64,000 nucleotides of DNA from the human T2T-CHM13v2.0 reference genome, Homo sapiens. The stretch lies in assembly GCF_009914755.1 (NCBI RefSeq), contig NC_060935.1; one strand, written 5' to 3'. A program made the position numbers and the translations under genes. Under the pieces are notes generated by a model that made no database searches, was not told the origin of the DNA, and saw nothing but the letters and a program-made list of their open reading frames with translations. Position 1 is the first letter of the stretch. The number at the start of each line of letters is the position of its first letter. Of the stretch, positions 14,230-35,090 are shown in pieces.

Positions 14230-14936
14230 TAGTGACTGAGTACATCACAGTGTGCTCCTGGTATTCCTGGAATGATCTGGGCATACTACTACCTTTGCAT
14301 TTGCATTGCATTTGCATTTGCTTTCTCCTTTGCAGATAACTATACAACTCACTGTCTCAGCTCCCTCAAGTCTTTACTCAAATGTCTTCTTAAATAGGAC
14401 TTTAATAATTACTCTATTTAAAACAGCAACTCTTCTTCTACTTTATGGTGCTCCAGATTACCCTTCCTGGCCCTATTTTTCTCCATACTATACATTTGTA
14501 TATTGCTGATATCTACCATGTAACTACAAATTTCATAAGAGCAGGAATATCTGTCTGACTTTAACATCTAGAACAGCATTTGGCACACTATAGGTGCTCC
14601 ATAAATATTTGTTCTATTAACAAGCAAATTAATGAAAAGCTTAGAAAAATATAATGAATAATTGCATCAATAAGAATACTTTTTAATGATAGTTTTACAT
14701 TTGTTGAGACAGCTGAGATTCAGTCAAGAATTCTAAAAGAAAATGTTCAAATATGTAAGAAAAAATGTATCTCAGAAGTCCTCTAGATTAAACACTAGAA
14801 GCTAAGTCATACTATTAAAAGAGATCCATATTTTTATTCTGTCAAATTGTCATAGTATTGCAAATATCATATTTTTATATTATCAGCAGTAACCTCAAAA
14901 AGGAACAGAACATGTAAACAAGTAAAATTTGCATAC

Positions 14937-15096
14937 TTTAATAGGTCTATCAATTTTAAATGATGCTGTTTTGATTGTTGCATACCAGCAAACTCCAAGA
15001 GATTGCCTAGCAATGCAATAGCATAATTAACCTGATGTACTTTCCTGACCTCATAAATCACACTTTCTGATCCTCTGAGCTCTTGGCACAAAGACC
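14937..15096 (-). other. Candidate alternative exon (111 or 160 nt) in frame with the DLG2 L27 exon
   Basis: Acceptor tatattctttccAG|GG at 15097. Possible donors are GCTG|GTATGC (exon end 14986) and TAAA|GTATGC (exon end 14937). The frame SLCQELRGSESVIYEVRKVHQVNYAIALLGNLLEFAGMQQSKQHHLKLIDLLK is open and the sequence does not look repeat-derived. No transcript evidence. Confidence 0.3.
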
Positions 15097-15329
15097 CTGG
15101 AAAGAATATAAAATTTCTACTGAATTAACTATAAATTTTTGTAAACCCAAAGATCCATTTTAAATGGATTTTTTGAACATAGTACTTTTCACAAAGAATC
15201 TAATAATTTTGATTTAAAAGAAAAAGCAAAAACAAAGCAACTGTTAACGTACTTAGCTTGTCAAAATTTAAAAGTCAACAGTCAGTAGGAAATTAGCTTT
15301 TCCCTCAGTCACAAAATTGTATCAGCTTA

Positions 15330-16370
15330 TGTTATAGTCCATGAACTCTGCTAAGTGTTAGGATTAAAAGAGTGAACAAGACAACCAAGTTCTTTCCTTC
15401 AAGAAGATGACATTACAGTTGGGAGGGAACACATCACAAATAAATATAAATATATATGTTGATAAGTACAATAAATAAAAATTATCTAGAGTAACAGAAA
15501 AAAGAGTAACGGGAGAAGGGTGGCTATTTTAGATGGAAGTAAGGAAAGGCTTAAGATGGCAATTGAGCAGACACATAAACTAGTAAGAAAGTGGGCAAAG
15601 AATTCCACACAGAGGAGACAGCATGTACAAATGCTCTGAAGCAGAAAGTTTATTCAAGGAAAAGTTCAAGTCCAACATAATTGGAGAGGAGTAGGCAATG
15701 GGGGGCATGTTAGTAGAAGAGGTGGGAGAAGTAGCTAGGATTCAGATTATGTAAGGCCTTAGAGTAATAAGGACTTTGATTTTGTTTAGAAAGTGACAGG
15801 AAGCCAGTGAAAGATTTTTAAAATACTGAGATAAACTAACTTTTGCTTTAAAATATCACTCTGTATGCTATGCAGAGAACAGATTGGCATAAAAGTGAAA
15901 ACAAATGGATACAGTTAAGAGGCTACTGCAGTAGACCAGATAAGAGACTATAGTTGCTCAGGACAGTATGGCATGATGGAGATAGTAAGAAATGGTAGGA
16001 TTCCGGACTTAACTGGAAATTCTGCCAACAAGATTTGCAAATAGATTGTATTGGGGTGCAAAAAAAAGAGAAAAATCAGTGATGTTGCCTGTGTTCTGAG
16101 TGTGAGTAAACTGGATAAATGATGATATTTATTGAGATAGTGAAGACTAGGAGAAAAGCAAGTTGAGTGTGAGCAAAGGGAGGAATTAAGAGTCCAGTTT
16201 TGGCCATGATAAGTTTCAGAATGCTCGACAGACAACCAAGTGGAAGATGCTAAATAGGCAATAGTATATATACAGGATACAAGTGAGGGATACAGATATA
16301 AATTTGGGAGTCATAAGCCAATAGATATTTAAAACCATGGGATTGAATGAACCTACCTAAGTACAGAGTA
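15330..16370 (-). mobile_element. L2 LINE (continues after about 18080 and about 20370)
   Basis: Purine-rich antisense L2 motifs (agtccagttttggccatgataagtttcagaatgc, aatttgggagtcat). Confidence 0.65.
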
Positions 16371-16391
16371 TAATTTTTTTAAAAATGAGGT

Positions 16392-18078
16392 AAGGAAATC
16401 AGAGATTACATAAACAAATAGAAAAACATTCCATACTCATGCTCATGGATAGGAAGAATCAATATTATAAAAATGGCCATACTACCCAAAGCAACTTATA
16501 CATTCAATGGTATTCCTATTAGACTACCACTAACACTCTTCACAGAACTAGACAAAACTACTTTAAAATTCATATGGAACCAATAAAAAGCCCAAATAGC
16601 CAAGGCAACCCTAAGCAAAAAGAACAAAACTGGAGGCATCATGCTACCTGACTTCAAACTATACTACAGGCCTAGAGTAACCAAAACAGCATGGTACTGG
16701 TATAAAAACATACACACAGACAAGTGGAACAGAATAGAGAACCCAGCAATAAGAGCACACACCTACCACAATCTGATCTTCGACAAACCTGACAAAAACA
16801 AGCAATGGGGAAGGGATTCCCTAATCAACAAACAGTGCTGTGATAACTGGCTAGCCATATGCAGAAGACTAAAACCAAACCCCCTACTTATACTATATAC
16901 AAAAATTAACTCAAGATGGACTACAAACTTAAATGTAAAACCCAAAATTATAAAAACCCTAGAAGACAACCTAGGCAATGCCATTCTGGACATGGGAATG
17001 GGCAAATAATTCATGATAAAGATGCCAAAAGCAATTGCAACAAAAGCAAAAATTGACAAGTGGGATCTAATTAAACTAGAGAGCTTCTACACAGCAAAGG
17101 AAACTCTCAACAGAGTGAACAGACAACCTATACAATGGGAGAAAAATTTTGCAAACTATGCATCTAACAAAGGTCTAATACTCAGCATCTATAAGGAACT
17201 TAAACAAATTCAAGAAAAAAATACATTAAAAGGTGGGCAAAGGACATGAACAGGCACCTTTCAAAAGAAAACATACATATGCCAACAATTATATAAAAAA
17301 AGGCTCAATGTCACTGATCATTAGAGAAATGCAAATCAAAACTACAATGAGATACCACCTCACACCAGTTAGAATGGCAATTACTACAAAGTGTTAAAAT
17401 AACAGATACTAGAAAGGTTGCAGAGAAAAACAAAAGCTTATACACTATTAGTGGGAGTGTAAATTAGTTAAACCATCATGGAAGACAGTGTGGCAATTCC
17501 TCAAGGACATAAAGACAGAAATACCATTTGACGTAGCAATCTCATTACTGGGTATATACCCAAAAGAATATAAATAGTTCTATTATAAAGACACATGCAT
17601 GTGTATGCTCATTGTAACACTATTCACAATAGGAAAGATATGGAATCAACCTAAATGCCCACAGATGATAGACTGGATAAAGAAAATATGGCGTATATAC
17701 ACCATGGAATACTACACAGCCATAAAAAAGAACATGATTATGTCCTTTGCAGGAACATGGATGGAGCACTGGAGGCCATTACCTTTAGCAAACTAATGCA
17801 GGAACAGAAAACCAAATATTGCATGTTCTCACTTATAAGTGAGAGCTAAATGATGAGAACACATGGATACATAGAGGGAATAACATGCAATGGAGCCTTT
17901 CGAAGGGTGAAGGGTAGGAGGAGGGAGAGAATAAGGAAAAATAACTAATGGGTACTAGGCTTAATACCCAGGTGATGAAATAATCTGTACAACAAACCCC
18001 CATGATACAAGTTTGCCTATCTAACAAACCTGCACATGTATCCTCGAAATCAAAATAAAAGTTAAATTTAAAAAAAAA
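16392..18078 (+). mobile_element. 5'-truncated L1PA (ORF2 C-terminus, 3'UTR, A tail)
   Basis: ORF-track fragments LPDFKLYY...[21 protein letters not shown] and WNQPKCP are L1 ORF2p; polyA signal aataaaa near 18054. Broken by stops and frameshifts. Confidence 0.95.
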
Positions 18079-18337
18079 GAGAGAGACCTGAGGACTTAGC
18101 CTAAGGTGCTTCTACATTTAGGTTAGAAGAAAAAAGTGAACGAAGTGGTATGTACAAGAAGGTGGACACGATCAGGTATGTCAAATGCTCCTGAAAATAA
18201 AAATTCGCCAATGAAATTTGAAACATGGAGGTCTCTATAACCTTGATAAGTATGTGCAACTTTACTTGTACCTTGGGTGGAGAGTGAAGGACACAAAAGC
18301 ATGATATGGGGTAGCTTCAGGAGAAAATAGGAGATGA

Positions 18338-18523
<186 letters not shown>

Positions 18524-18580
18524 TAAAGAACTTTGTATACATTTTGCTGTGAAGGGGTTCACAGAAATAGGAGAGAAGCC

Positions 18581-18943
18581 TGATATGGTTTGGCTGTGTC
18601 CCCACCCAAATCTCATCTTGAATTGTAACTCCCACAATTCACACATGTTGTGGGAGGGACCCAGTGGGAGGTAATTGAATCATGGGGTTGGGTCTTTCTC
18701 ATGATGTTCTCATGATAGTAAATAAGTCTCACAAGATCTGATGGTTTTATAAAGAGGAGTCCCACTGCACACTCTCTCTCTCTTTGCCTGCCACCATCCA
18801 TGTAGGATGTGAATTGCTCCTCCTTGCCTTCTGCCATAATTGTGAGGCCTCCCCAGCCACATGGAACTGTAAGTCCATTAAACCCTTTTTTCTTCCCAGT
18901 CTCAGGTATTTCTTTATCAGCAGCATAAAAACGGACTAATACA
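18581..18943 (+). mobile_element. THE1 solo LTR
   Basis: tgatatggtttggctgtgtccccacccaaatctcatcttgaattgt...acggactaataca, canonical THE1 termini. Confidence 0.93.
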
Positions 18944-19169
18944 GGGCCACATGACAAGAACTGTGGCTTTATGTAGAAGAATGCATTCACTGCCAAATCA
19001 TGGCCCAGAAGTAAGGCAGCCAGGAGAAGAAAGATCCCAACTTCTCTTTCTTCCCACTCACTAATGACCCACTAGTACCTTGCATTGGCCAAACTCAAAC
19101 AGAAGTCAGAGAACAACAGAAGACAAGGTAAAGGGAGATGATAGATGAAGGGAATGGATTTTAAAGATG

Positions 19170-19440
19170 ACAATAGTAGCAAACACTTATTGAGCATTTA
19201 TTATGTGCTAGGCACAGTGAGAAATGCAATACACATATTAATTTATTTTTCCTGACAGCAATCTTATTAGGTGAATACTTTTATTATCATCCCCAATTTA
19301 CAGAAAGCAAAACTGGGGCATGGAATGGCTATAAAACTTTCCTAAAGTCATACAACTTGCAAGTGGCAGAGGAGCCAGAACACAAACCCAGGCAATCTGG
19401 CTCCAGAATCCATACTCTTAACCCTTACACCAAACTGTTT
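19170..19440 (-). mobile_element. MIR SINE
   Basis: cacttattgagcatttattatgtgctaggcac...aatttacaga...ggcagaggagccaga. Confidence 0.75.
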
Positions 19441-19569
19441 AACAGAAGATGTTTGTGTGCTAATGAAATAATTAAATAGGAAAATAAAAATTAATTTCAA
19501 ATAGAGGAAGAATGATATTCTTTGAGTAAATAAGGAGAAGTCAGGACATAACCTGCCATGGTTCTTCTC

Positions 19570-20365
<796 letters not shown>

Positions 20366-21205
20366 TTCTAACCAGGTGGAACATTTGACAGATAAGAGGA
20401 GAGACCATTTGTTCACTTTAATAAAAGGGAAGGCAGAGTATATGGATGCAGATGTAGGTAAGTTGGTAGATTGAGTCGTGAGACAATGAGAAAGTTCTCT
20501 TTTGTTTGTTTTTATTGTCTCAATAAAATAAGAAGAAAGGTCAGCAGCTAATGTTGAAGAAGGTGAGGTATATTGCATTTGAGGAGAAAGAATGTACGAA
20601 AATGTTCCCTGGGAGAACAAGTGGACTGTCTGAGGAAGTGTAATAGGCATTTGGTCATAAATTTAAAGTGAAAACAGTTAACAGTATTTCTCCAGCTATA
20701 TTTGTCTGCCTTGATGTAGGCATAGAGGAGACATACACAGGTTGATGAAGAGGCTGATTTTTGCCCCCCAATGAAGAGAAAAACAAAGAAATTGAAGATG
20801 CATGCAAATTGAGTAATCACAGTAATGAACCATGTATTCTAAGTTTGGTGAGGTAGGACATGAAGACTTACGGTAGCTAACAGGCATGAAAATGTGTAGA
20901 GCCAATGATTTAGTAGTAGTTGTGGGATCAATGATTGATATGGGAACTATAGAAATGAACTGGGTCAATAAGAGGAAGTGGTAAGTGGTGGTCAGAGAGT
21001 GGGACGTTTTAAAGTGAGATGTTAGAGCCTATGAACAATAGTAAGATATAGCATAAAACATAAGAGTGGGTGGCTAAGATGCTGTGGAGGAAGAAATTAT
21101 TACTGGATAGGCAATCAAGGAACAGATCCAAAAACTACATAATCCACAAAGACAAAATAATGATGATAATCCAAATTTGAGAGTATAAAATCATGTAGAA
21201 TATTA

Positions 21206-21412
<207 letters not shown>

Positions 21413-21723
21413 TTATTTTGGAAATTATTTTTGAATAACTTTTTTTTCAAAACTCAAGGCTTTGCTGAAAGCATTTAATATGCAGTATAATTTGTTTCTG
21501 TGTGTTTTAAACTTTTAGGGACTCATGATTAAGGCATTTTGTAAGGACTGGCATACCCTCTGGAGTTTGCTGGCTCTAGGTACATTAGATGATTCAATTT
21601 GCAAATATATATTCCTGCAAAGAGAGTTCTAACCTTATGATTTTGTGAAGGCTTATTGTTTTGACAGCAAACTAGAAACAATATCAGCTAGAACCTGGGG
21701 AATCAAGAACTAGAAACCAGGGG

Positions 21724-21762
21724 AAAAAAAAAATATATATATATATATATATAATATATGTG

Positions 21763-21848
<86 letters not shown>
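21724..21848. repeat. Compound microsatellite (A)n(TA)n(TG)n(TA)n
   Basis: Directly visible at the tail of the adjacent minus-strand Alu. Confidence 0.97.
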
Positions 21849-22165
<317 letters not shown>

Positions 22166-22664
22166 TGAAATATATTCTATATGGTATATCTGTAGGTTAT
22201 TATTGAAATGTTTGGAATTCCTAACACAGTCTAAGAAGTTCTGTGGCTTCTGAGCAGAGAGCACTTTCTGATGTAAAAGTGAAATGTTTCCTTAAGAAAC
22301 TCTTAGGACTGGCCCTTATAGATGAATACTCCTCATTCTCTAACTCTTCTATCTTTCGCTAGGAGCCAGAACTGACAGGATAAAGGAGAAGCCTATGAGA
22401 TACTCATGAGATACTTTCTCTTCCACTGCTCTTTCTTTTGGTTGGTCCTTTTAGTCAATACCCAATACCAAATTGGAAAGGAGTATAAAGGTGAAAACCA
22501 GCATTGAGATCTACATGCCTCAGTGTATTGGGGTTGCAAATCTAAGTTGCGTCACACCACATATCTGCAAAGAAAATGTGGTTTTTTAATGTGTTTATGA
22601 TTTTTTTAGATGCTTCACAAGCTCTCAACCCCTGGTTAATTGGGAAAAGTAACCATCTAATCCA

Positions 22665-28598
<5,934 letters not shown>

Positions 28599-29310
28599 AT
28601 CACAATTACTTTTGCGTAGTATCTAAACATTTTTTAATATAGTATAATAATATGAATTTGATCAGCTCAAGAAACTTCTAATGATTTTAACTGTTTAATC
28701 CAAATAACCATTTACTTCAAAGGACTCATCACAATTATACTTATTTAATATCTTACTTGTTTAATGTAGTAGACAATGAGCTCCATGAAAACAAGGTGTA
28801 CATCTCTCTCATCACTAAAACCCCAGAGCCTAATGTGGTGTCTCTTTGATAGTGGGAGATCAAATGTATTTTTTCAAATGAAAGAAATTTAATGAAGAAC
28901 TGTTCATTCCATGCCAGATTTGGCTGAATTAGAACTGGTCCCTGCATTCAAGAAGCTCACAGTCTGCTGAGGGAGAGCAACATGTAATCAATAAACAATA
29001 GTACAATATAATAAGTGCTGTGCCAGAAATATAAACAAATACCATAGAAACATAAGGGAAGAAGTGATTAATTCTGCTTAAAGGTAGAAAATATTAAGAA
29101 GTTTTTGACCAAGTAATAAATACTCATTTCCTTGGGATGGATGTTTATACTAAGAAATAATGTCTATATCACATTCTATTAACTTGATTAGTTCCACAGT
29201 TCAGTAAAACATATTCTATATTGAAAAATTTTTTTAGATATTACTACGCTATTTCAGGACATCTTGAAAGGGCTTATTCCTAAAATAATCTTTTAGAATT
29301 TTTTTTATAT

Positions 29311-29344
<34 letters not shown>
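29311..29344. repeat. (CT)n(AT)n microsatellite
   Basis: Directly visible. Confidence 0.9.
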
Positions 29345-29708
29345 AATTCCCTGAAAGTAGTTCAACAACAAAAAGTAAAATTCAAGGCTATAATATTAAT
29401 AATACTAGTTTGCTTGCTATAGGAAAACCTAGATGAGAAAGCCTATTGCTTTTTTGCCAGCTACCACATATTAGTTACAGTGATCATCACCAAATTTTCA
29501 CTTATTATGTACTTAACAGAAATCACCAGATCCTTTCACACTCCCAACAATAGCTTTGGGGTTTCACTATCTCACTATATAGGGAAATCTCATATGCACT
29601 CAAAATAAAAGATTTTTTTCCTATATTAGCTACAGCACAAATAATAGCATCCTTCATTTAGAAACAACCAGCCTCATACTCATCTAAAGCACATAAATTT
29701 AGTTAAAT

Positions 29709-29724
29709 GGTGCCATCTGGTGAC
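29709..29724 (-). promoter_or_regulatory. Candidate CTCF site
   Basis: Reverse complement GTCACCAGATGGCACC versus consensus CCASYAGRKGGCRS. Motif match only. Confidence 0.45.
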
Positions 29725-30135
29725 ATAAATCTTGCAGTAAATATAAAAGTCCTGAGTCAGAGTCCAGAATGATACCCAACCCTCTTGATGGCATCCAATC
29801 CAAAGTGTCTAATTTAACTTAAGAAATACTTGATCCTGCCTGACATGAAACACACAACTAATCACACTCAGTATATGGCCGTTTAACAAAGGGAATTATA
29901 ACAATTGTTTGAGCCACATTTTATGCTCACCACTCTTGTTTCTCAACTCTTTGGAAGAGACTTGTATCTAACAGGATGCCCTATACAACTCCTAGAAGAC
30001 ATTTTAAAAGCATAAATATCAAGGACATTTTGAATCCCTGTTCCAGGCAGATCCATTTCCTCACTCTCCTTTGAACGTACATCAATGTGTATAATTTTCA
30101 ACACTTCAAAATGTCACTTCCTTAAGAAAGCTGTC

Positions 30136-30430
30136 GACCAGGTGTGGTGGCTCACGCCTGTAATCCCAGCGCTTTGGGAGGCCAAGGCAGGCAAATCACA
30201 AGCTCAGGAGTTCAAGACCAGCCTGGTCAACATGGTGAAACCCCGTCTCTACTAAAAAAAAATACAAAAATTAGCTGGGCGTGGTGGCACATGCCTGTAG
30301 TCCCAGTTACTCAGGAGGCTGAGGCAGAAGAATCCCTTGAATGGGAGGTGGAGGTTGCAGTGAGCCAAAGATCAAGCCACTGCACTCCAGCCTGGGTGAC
30401 AGAGCTAGACTTCATCTCAAAAAAAGAAGG
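30136..30430 (+). mobile_element. Alu (S-type)
   Basis: Dimer; perfect TSD agaaagctgtc. Confidence 0.95.
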
Positions 30431-31345
30431 AGAAAGCTGTCCCTGTTTCTACTGTTAAGGTTAAGCCTCTCATTCATAGCCAACTCTACTTCTTCTTTGT
30501 ATATAAACTCTTGACGAAATTTTGTTTAATGCTTGTCTCCCCAGTGTGTATCATAGCGTTTGGCAAAGTGTTCAATAAATATCCTGTGAACGAATTAATG
30601 TGTAAATGGATGGTGAAAACATCCTTCTCTACTCTCTCTTCTAATGCAAATCCTATTAATAACAAGGCTCAGCTCAAGTTTACATTTTATATAAAACCTT
30701 CTCTAGCAACAACAATGTACAATAAGCCCATGCTTCTCCTATGCCATTTTAGTCTAGCCCCAAAAATTTAGTCCTCCACTATATGATGTTTTGTATTGTT
30801 TTTCATGTACATAAATATTACTTTCTTAATTGACCTTAAGCTCCTTAAGTGTAGGCATTTGGTCTTAATAGCATCCATCTGCATAAGTCTATGTAAATAA
30901 GTAAACACTTCATAAATACTTTGATAACTATTATTATTCAATTGCAATAACTAAAACACTTGTACTCTTTTTATTTAAATAAGTATTGTAAACAAATAAG
31001 TAGAAACATAATAGACCTTAGCAACTAAGAATTTCACCTTCACTGTTTTGAACAGTCAAGACTTATTTAAAGATCCATGATATGTAATTTGTTTGTTTCA
31101 ACTGAAGCACATGCTTTGAGATTGTGAGTGGCAGCAAGCATTACCTAGGAAATGCCTCTCTCACATGGGCCAGCAACAACATATCAATGTAGCTTTATCC
31201 ATAGAGATACTTATTGTAACAGAATTCTATCCATAGAATAATTATTGTAACATAAGTAGAAACTATCTTGTAACATAAATAGAAACTATCATTAATTATC
31301 CAAAGAGAAAAAAATCCCTTAAATGTTTTAGATATTCTATTGTAA

Positions 31346-31760
<415 letters not shown>

Positions 31761-31994
31761 TTAAAAAGAAAATTGGACACCATAATGATAATTGTGAGTT
31801 TATGGATTACAAAGTACTCAAGATATGTCCCAGAATGATAATGGCTCATTATAGTCGTTACAGATTAAATCAGATCCTATAAAACACAAGAAGGAAAAAA
31901 TGCCACTGTCATATTCTCCCAAGTTTAGTAATAATATTCACACACTGTTAATATATTACTTTCCCTGAATGGCCAAATACCTAACCATTTAGAA

Positions 31995-32185
31995 CATAGG
32001 TTTTCAAATTTTAACATGCCTCAGAATCACCTGAAAGGATTAGTAAAGTACCATTTGCTGAGCCCTACTTCCAGAGTTTCTTATTCAGTCAGTAGGTCTA
32101 GGGTGAGAACCAAGAATTTGCAATTCTAACCAAGTTCACAGGTGACTAGTGCTGAGGTCCAAGAACCACATCTTGAGAATCTCTC
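31995..32185. mobile_element. MER5A-like hAT MITE
   Basis: ggttttcaaatttt...cagaatcacctg...cagagtttcttattcagt...aggtctagggtgag...accacatcttgagaa. Confidence 0.7.
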
Positions 32186-33462
32186 TTTTTGAAGATTACA
32201 GCCAGGTTGTTTCACCATTAATCTTTAAATGGGTTAACAAAAAAAGATATAAATAAACTAAAAGAATAATAAATACAGCCAAGTTGCTCCAAATTCACAC
32301 AACTGTAGGGGCCTTCACACCCACTATTTAAATAATCCTTCACTTCCTTATGATCAGATGGCAAAAAATACACATTATGATTAATAATTAAGACCAAAAT
32401 AGCCGTGATATATTCAAAGAGATGTTATTTTGAAATAAAATTACTACATTCGAATTACTATTAGGAAAATATGTAGGGTTTTTTTTACTCAAACTAAAAC
32501 TCTTATACATATTTATTTTATAGACCTTACCATCATTATAATTGAATAATAATTAATTGTGTGTTTAATGTCTCTTTTCCCCTACTTGTCCATAAGGGTA
32601 TTGACTGTCCTCTATAGCTTACTGTTGTATCCCTATTGCATAGCACAATGTCCAACACATAACTGGTATTTTTAAAAGAAGTGTTGATAAATGAATAAAA
32701 ATTTATTAAAAGTCTATTATAATTATTAAAGGTCCACATTATGGGGATATAAAAAGGGGCAGAAGTATATTCGATTTACCATAAGGCAATGTGATAAATG
32801 CTTTTTAGTAATATGAAAAAAATGCTATGAGATACAATGAAAGGGCTAGTTAAAGCTGCCAGCAAGTAGGAATGTGTTAGAAGGCTTCAACAAAGAGATG
32901 ATAAATCCCAATATGTAATACATCTGCTGTATCACCCCTATTGCTAGTAATCTCCAAAATCCACAAGGTTCTCTGTTAAGATTTATGGAAATGAAATGTA
33001 CTCTATTCTAACACAAAGTCTAACATGTAAGGTTTAACTGCCTCCATTAAACAAGATAAGCCCTTTTCTAAGATTTTGCCACTGGTAGAGTTTTTTTAAA
33101 GTATCATTTACCGCTTGTTCTCCTCTAATTTCCCTCTAATTCCTCTCCAAAAAATTCCCCCTCACACACTGGGAAGAAATATAAGGCAATAAGTTAGATA
33201 AACAAGACTAATATGATTTTAGAAGGGGTTGAAATCTGTGAAATATATCTATAGTTATTTCCATACTTTATAAGTAATGACTAAAGAATAACACATAATT
33301 TTCAATAAGTTACAAAAAACATTTGTGTTACATATCTAAAATTTAACTAACCCATAATATTATTTATTTAAAGTCTTCAAAAACAATTATGGTGGTAATA
33401 TAGTTGTTTAAAAATTAAAAGTCAATTTAGAAGTACAAAAATAATTTTTAAAAATGATTCAA

Positions 33463-33763
33463 GGCCGGGCACGGTGGTGCATGCCTGTAATCCCAGCACT
33501 TTCGGAAGCCAAGGCCAGCAGATCACAAGGTCAGGAGTTCGAGACCAGTCTGACCAACATGGTTAAAGCCCGTCTCTACCAAAAATAAAAAAATTAGCCA
33601 GGAGTGGTGGTGCATGCCTGTAATCCCAGCTACTCGGGAGGCTGAGGCAGGAGAATCGCTTGAACCAGGAGGCAGAAGTTGCAGTGAGCCGATATCGCAC
33701 CACTGCACTCCAGCCTGGGCAACAGAGTGAGACTCTGTCTCAAAAAAAAAAAAAAAAAAAAAA
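33463..33763 (+). mobile_element. Alu (S-type)
   Basis: Full dimer with A tail. Confidence 0.95.
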
Positions 33764-33915
33764 GATAAATCTTGCTTCTTTATCACCTAACTGAAGAACT
33801 GAAGAATAAATAACCTAATAAAAGTGCCTTGAAAATCTTAATGTTTTATATATTCTAAATAAAAGAGATTTACATATTCTAAATTAATTTGTAAAATATC
33901 ACAGAATTCCAATTC

Positions 33916-34258
33916 CATCTAAATGTGCAGCTTCTAGTATATTGCCATTTTAGGTTTGTTTTGTTTTGGTACATTAATGAACACTGATTATTATTATTTT
34001 ATTTAGCTATTCTAAACAAAGAGACATAAATTAATCATAAAATATTATGGAATTCCAATTCTCTTATATTCAAATTCTGGAAAGTGTTGATGCTGTAATC
34101 ATCTTAAAACTTTATTCATTTGGATAAATGTTTCCTTAGTATTACCACAAGATGTCACCCTAAGCCTAGCATCTAAATGTGCAGCATCTAGCATATTGCT
34201 GTTTCAGGGTTTTTTTTATTTTTTGCATTTGGTTTGGGCACACTAATGAACACCAATT
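33916..34258 (+). repeat. Imperfect direct repeat, two copies (33916-33989 and 34170-34258)
   Basis: catctaaatgtgcagc(t/a)tctag(t/c)atattgc...taatgaacac occurs twice, offset by 254 nt. Confidence 0.85.
34145..34159 (+). promoter_or_regulatory. Candidate CTCF site
   Basis: CCACAAGATGTCACC resembles the CTCF core. Motif match only. Confidence 0.3.
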
Positions 34259-34647
34259 GCTGTCTTTCAAAAAATTAAAGTGACTTTTTCTACTCTCAGT
34301 TATTGGCAAATAAAAAATCAAAATAAATAATACAGGGACTCTAGAAGAAAGGAGGAAGAAAGTTAATCAAACAGTTCATTCTCCATGCTTATCAGGTATC
34401 TTGTTACTTACCATAAAAGCAATGTATTTAACCATTGAATTTTATATGATTTTACTTTATTTTCAAAAATATTAAAAATTAATAAATGTTACTTTTATAA
34501 TCAAAGTTATGTTACAAAATACCAGTCACAGTTATGTACACAGAATTCCTCAAAGAAGATACCATTTAAAACATGCTAGTATTTTTTTAAGCATATGATG
34601 AAGGACCACAAAAGGAAGACATTATTCATTTTATGGTGATGCTTTTC

Positions 34648-35090
34648 AGCTGGGGGCAGTGGCTCAAGCCTATAATCCAAATACTTTGGGAGGTTGAGGT
34701 GGGAGGATCACTTGAGCCCAGGAGTTCAAGACCAGCCTGGGAAACATAGCGAGACCCCATCGCTACTAAGAATTGAAAAATAAGGGTCAGGTGCAGTGAT
34801 TGACGCATGTAATCCCAGCACTTTGGGAGGCTGAGGTGGGTGGATCATGAGGTCAGGAAATCAAGACCATCTTGGTCAACATGGTGAAATCCCATCTCTA
34901 CAAAAAATACAAAAAATTAGCCAGGTGTGGCAGCACGCACCTGTAATCCCAGCTACTCAGGAGGCTGAGGAAGGAGAACTGCTTGAACCGGGAGGCAGAG
35001 GCTGCAGTGAGCCCAGATTGTGCCACTGCACTCCAGCCTGAGCGACAGAGCGAGACTCCATCTCAAAAATAAATAAAACAAAATAAAATA
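34648..35090 (+). mobile_element. Alu monomer (34648-34782) followed directly by a full Alu (34785-35090)
   Basis: Three Alu arms in tandem; outer flanks gtgatgcttttc/gtgatgattttc. Confidence 0.92.

Larger units (their letters stand above)
12930..14630 (+). mobile_element. L2 LINE fragments interrupted by an MST LTR and an Alu
   Basis: L2-type motifs, including a 3' end ...tctagaacagcatttggcacactataggtgctccataaatatttgt. Confidence 0.6.
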
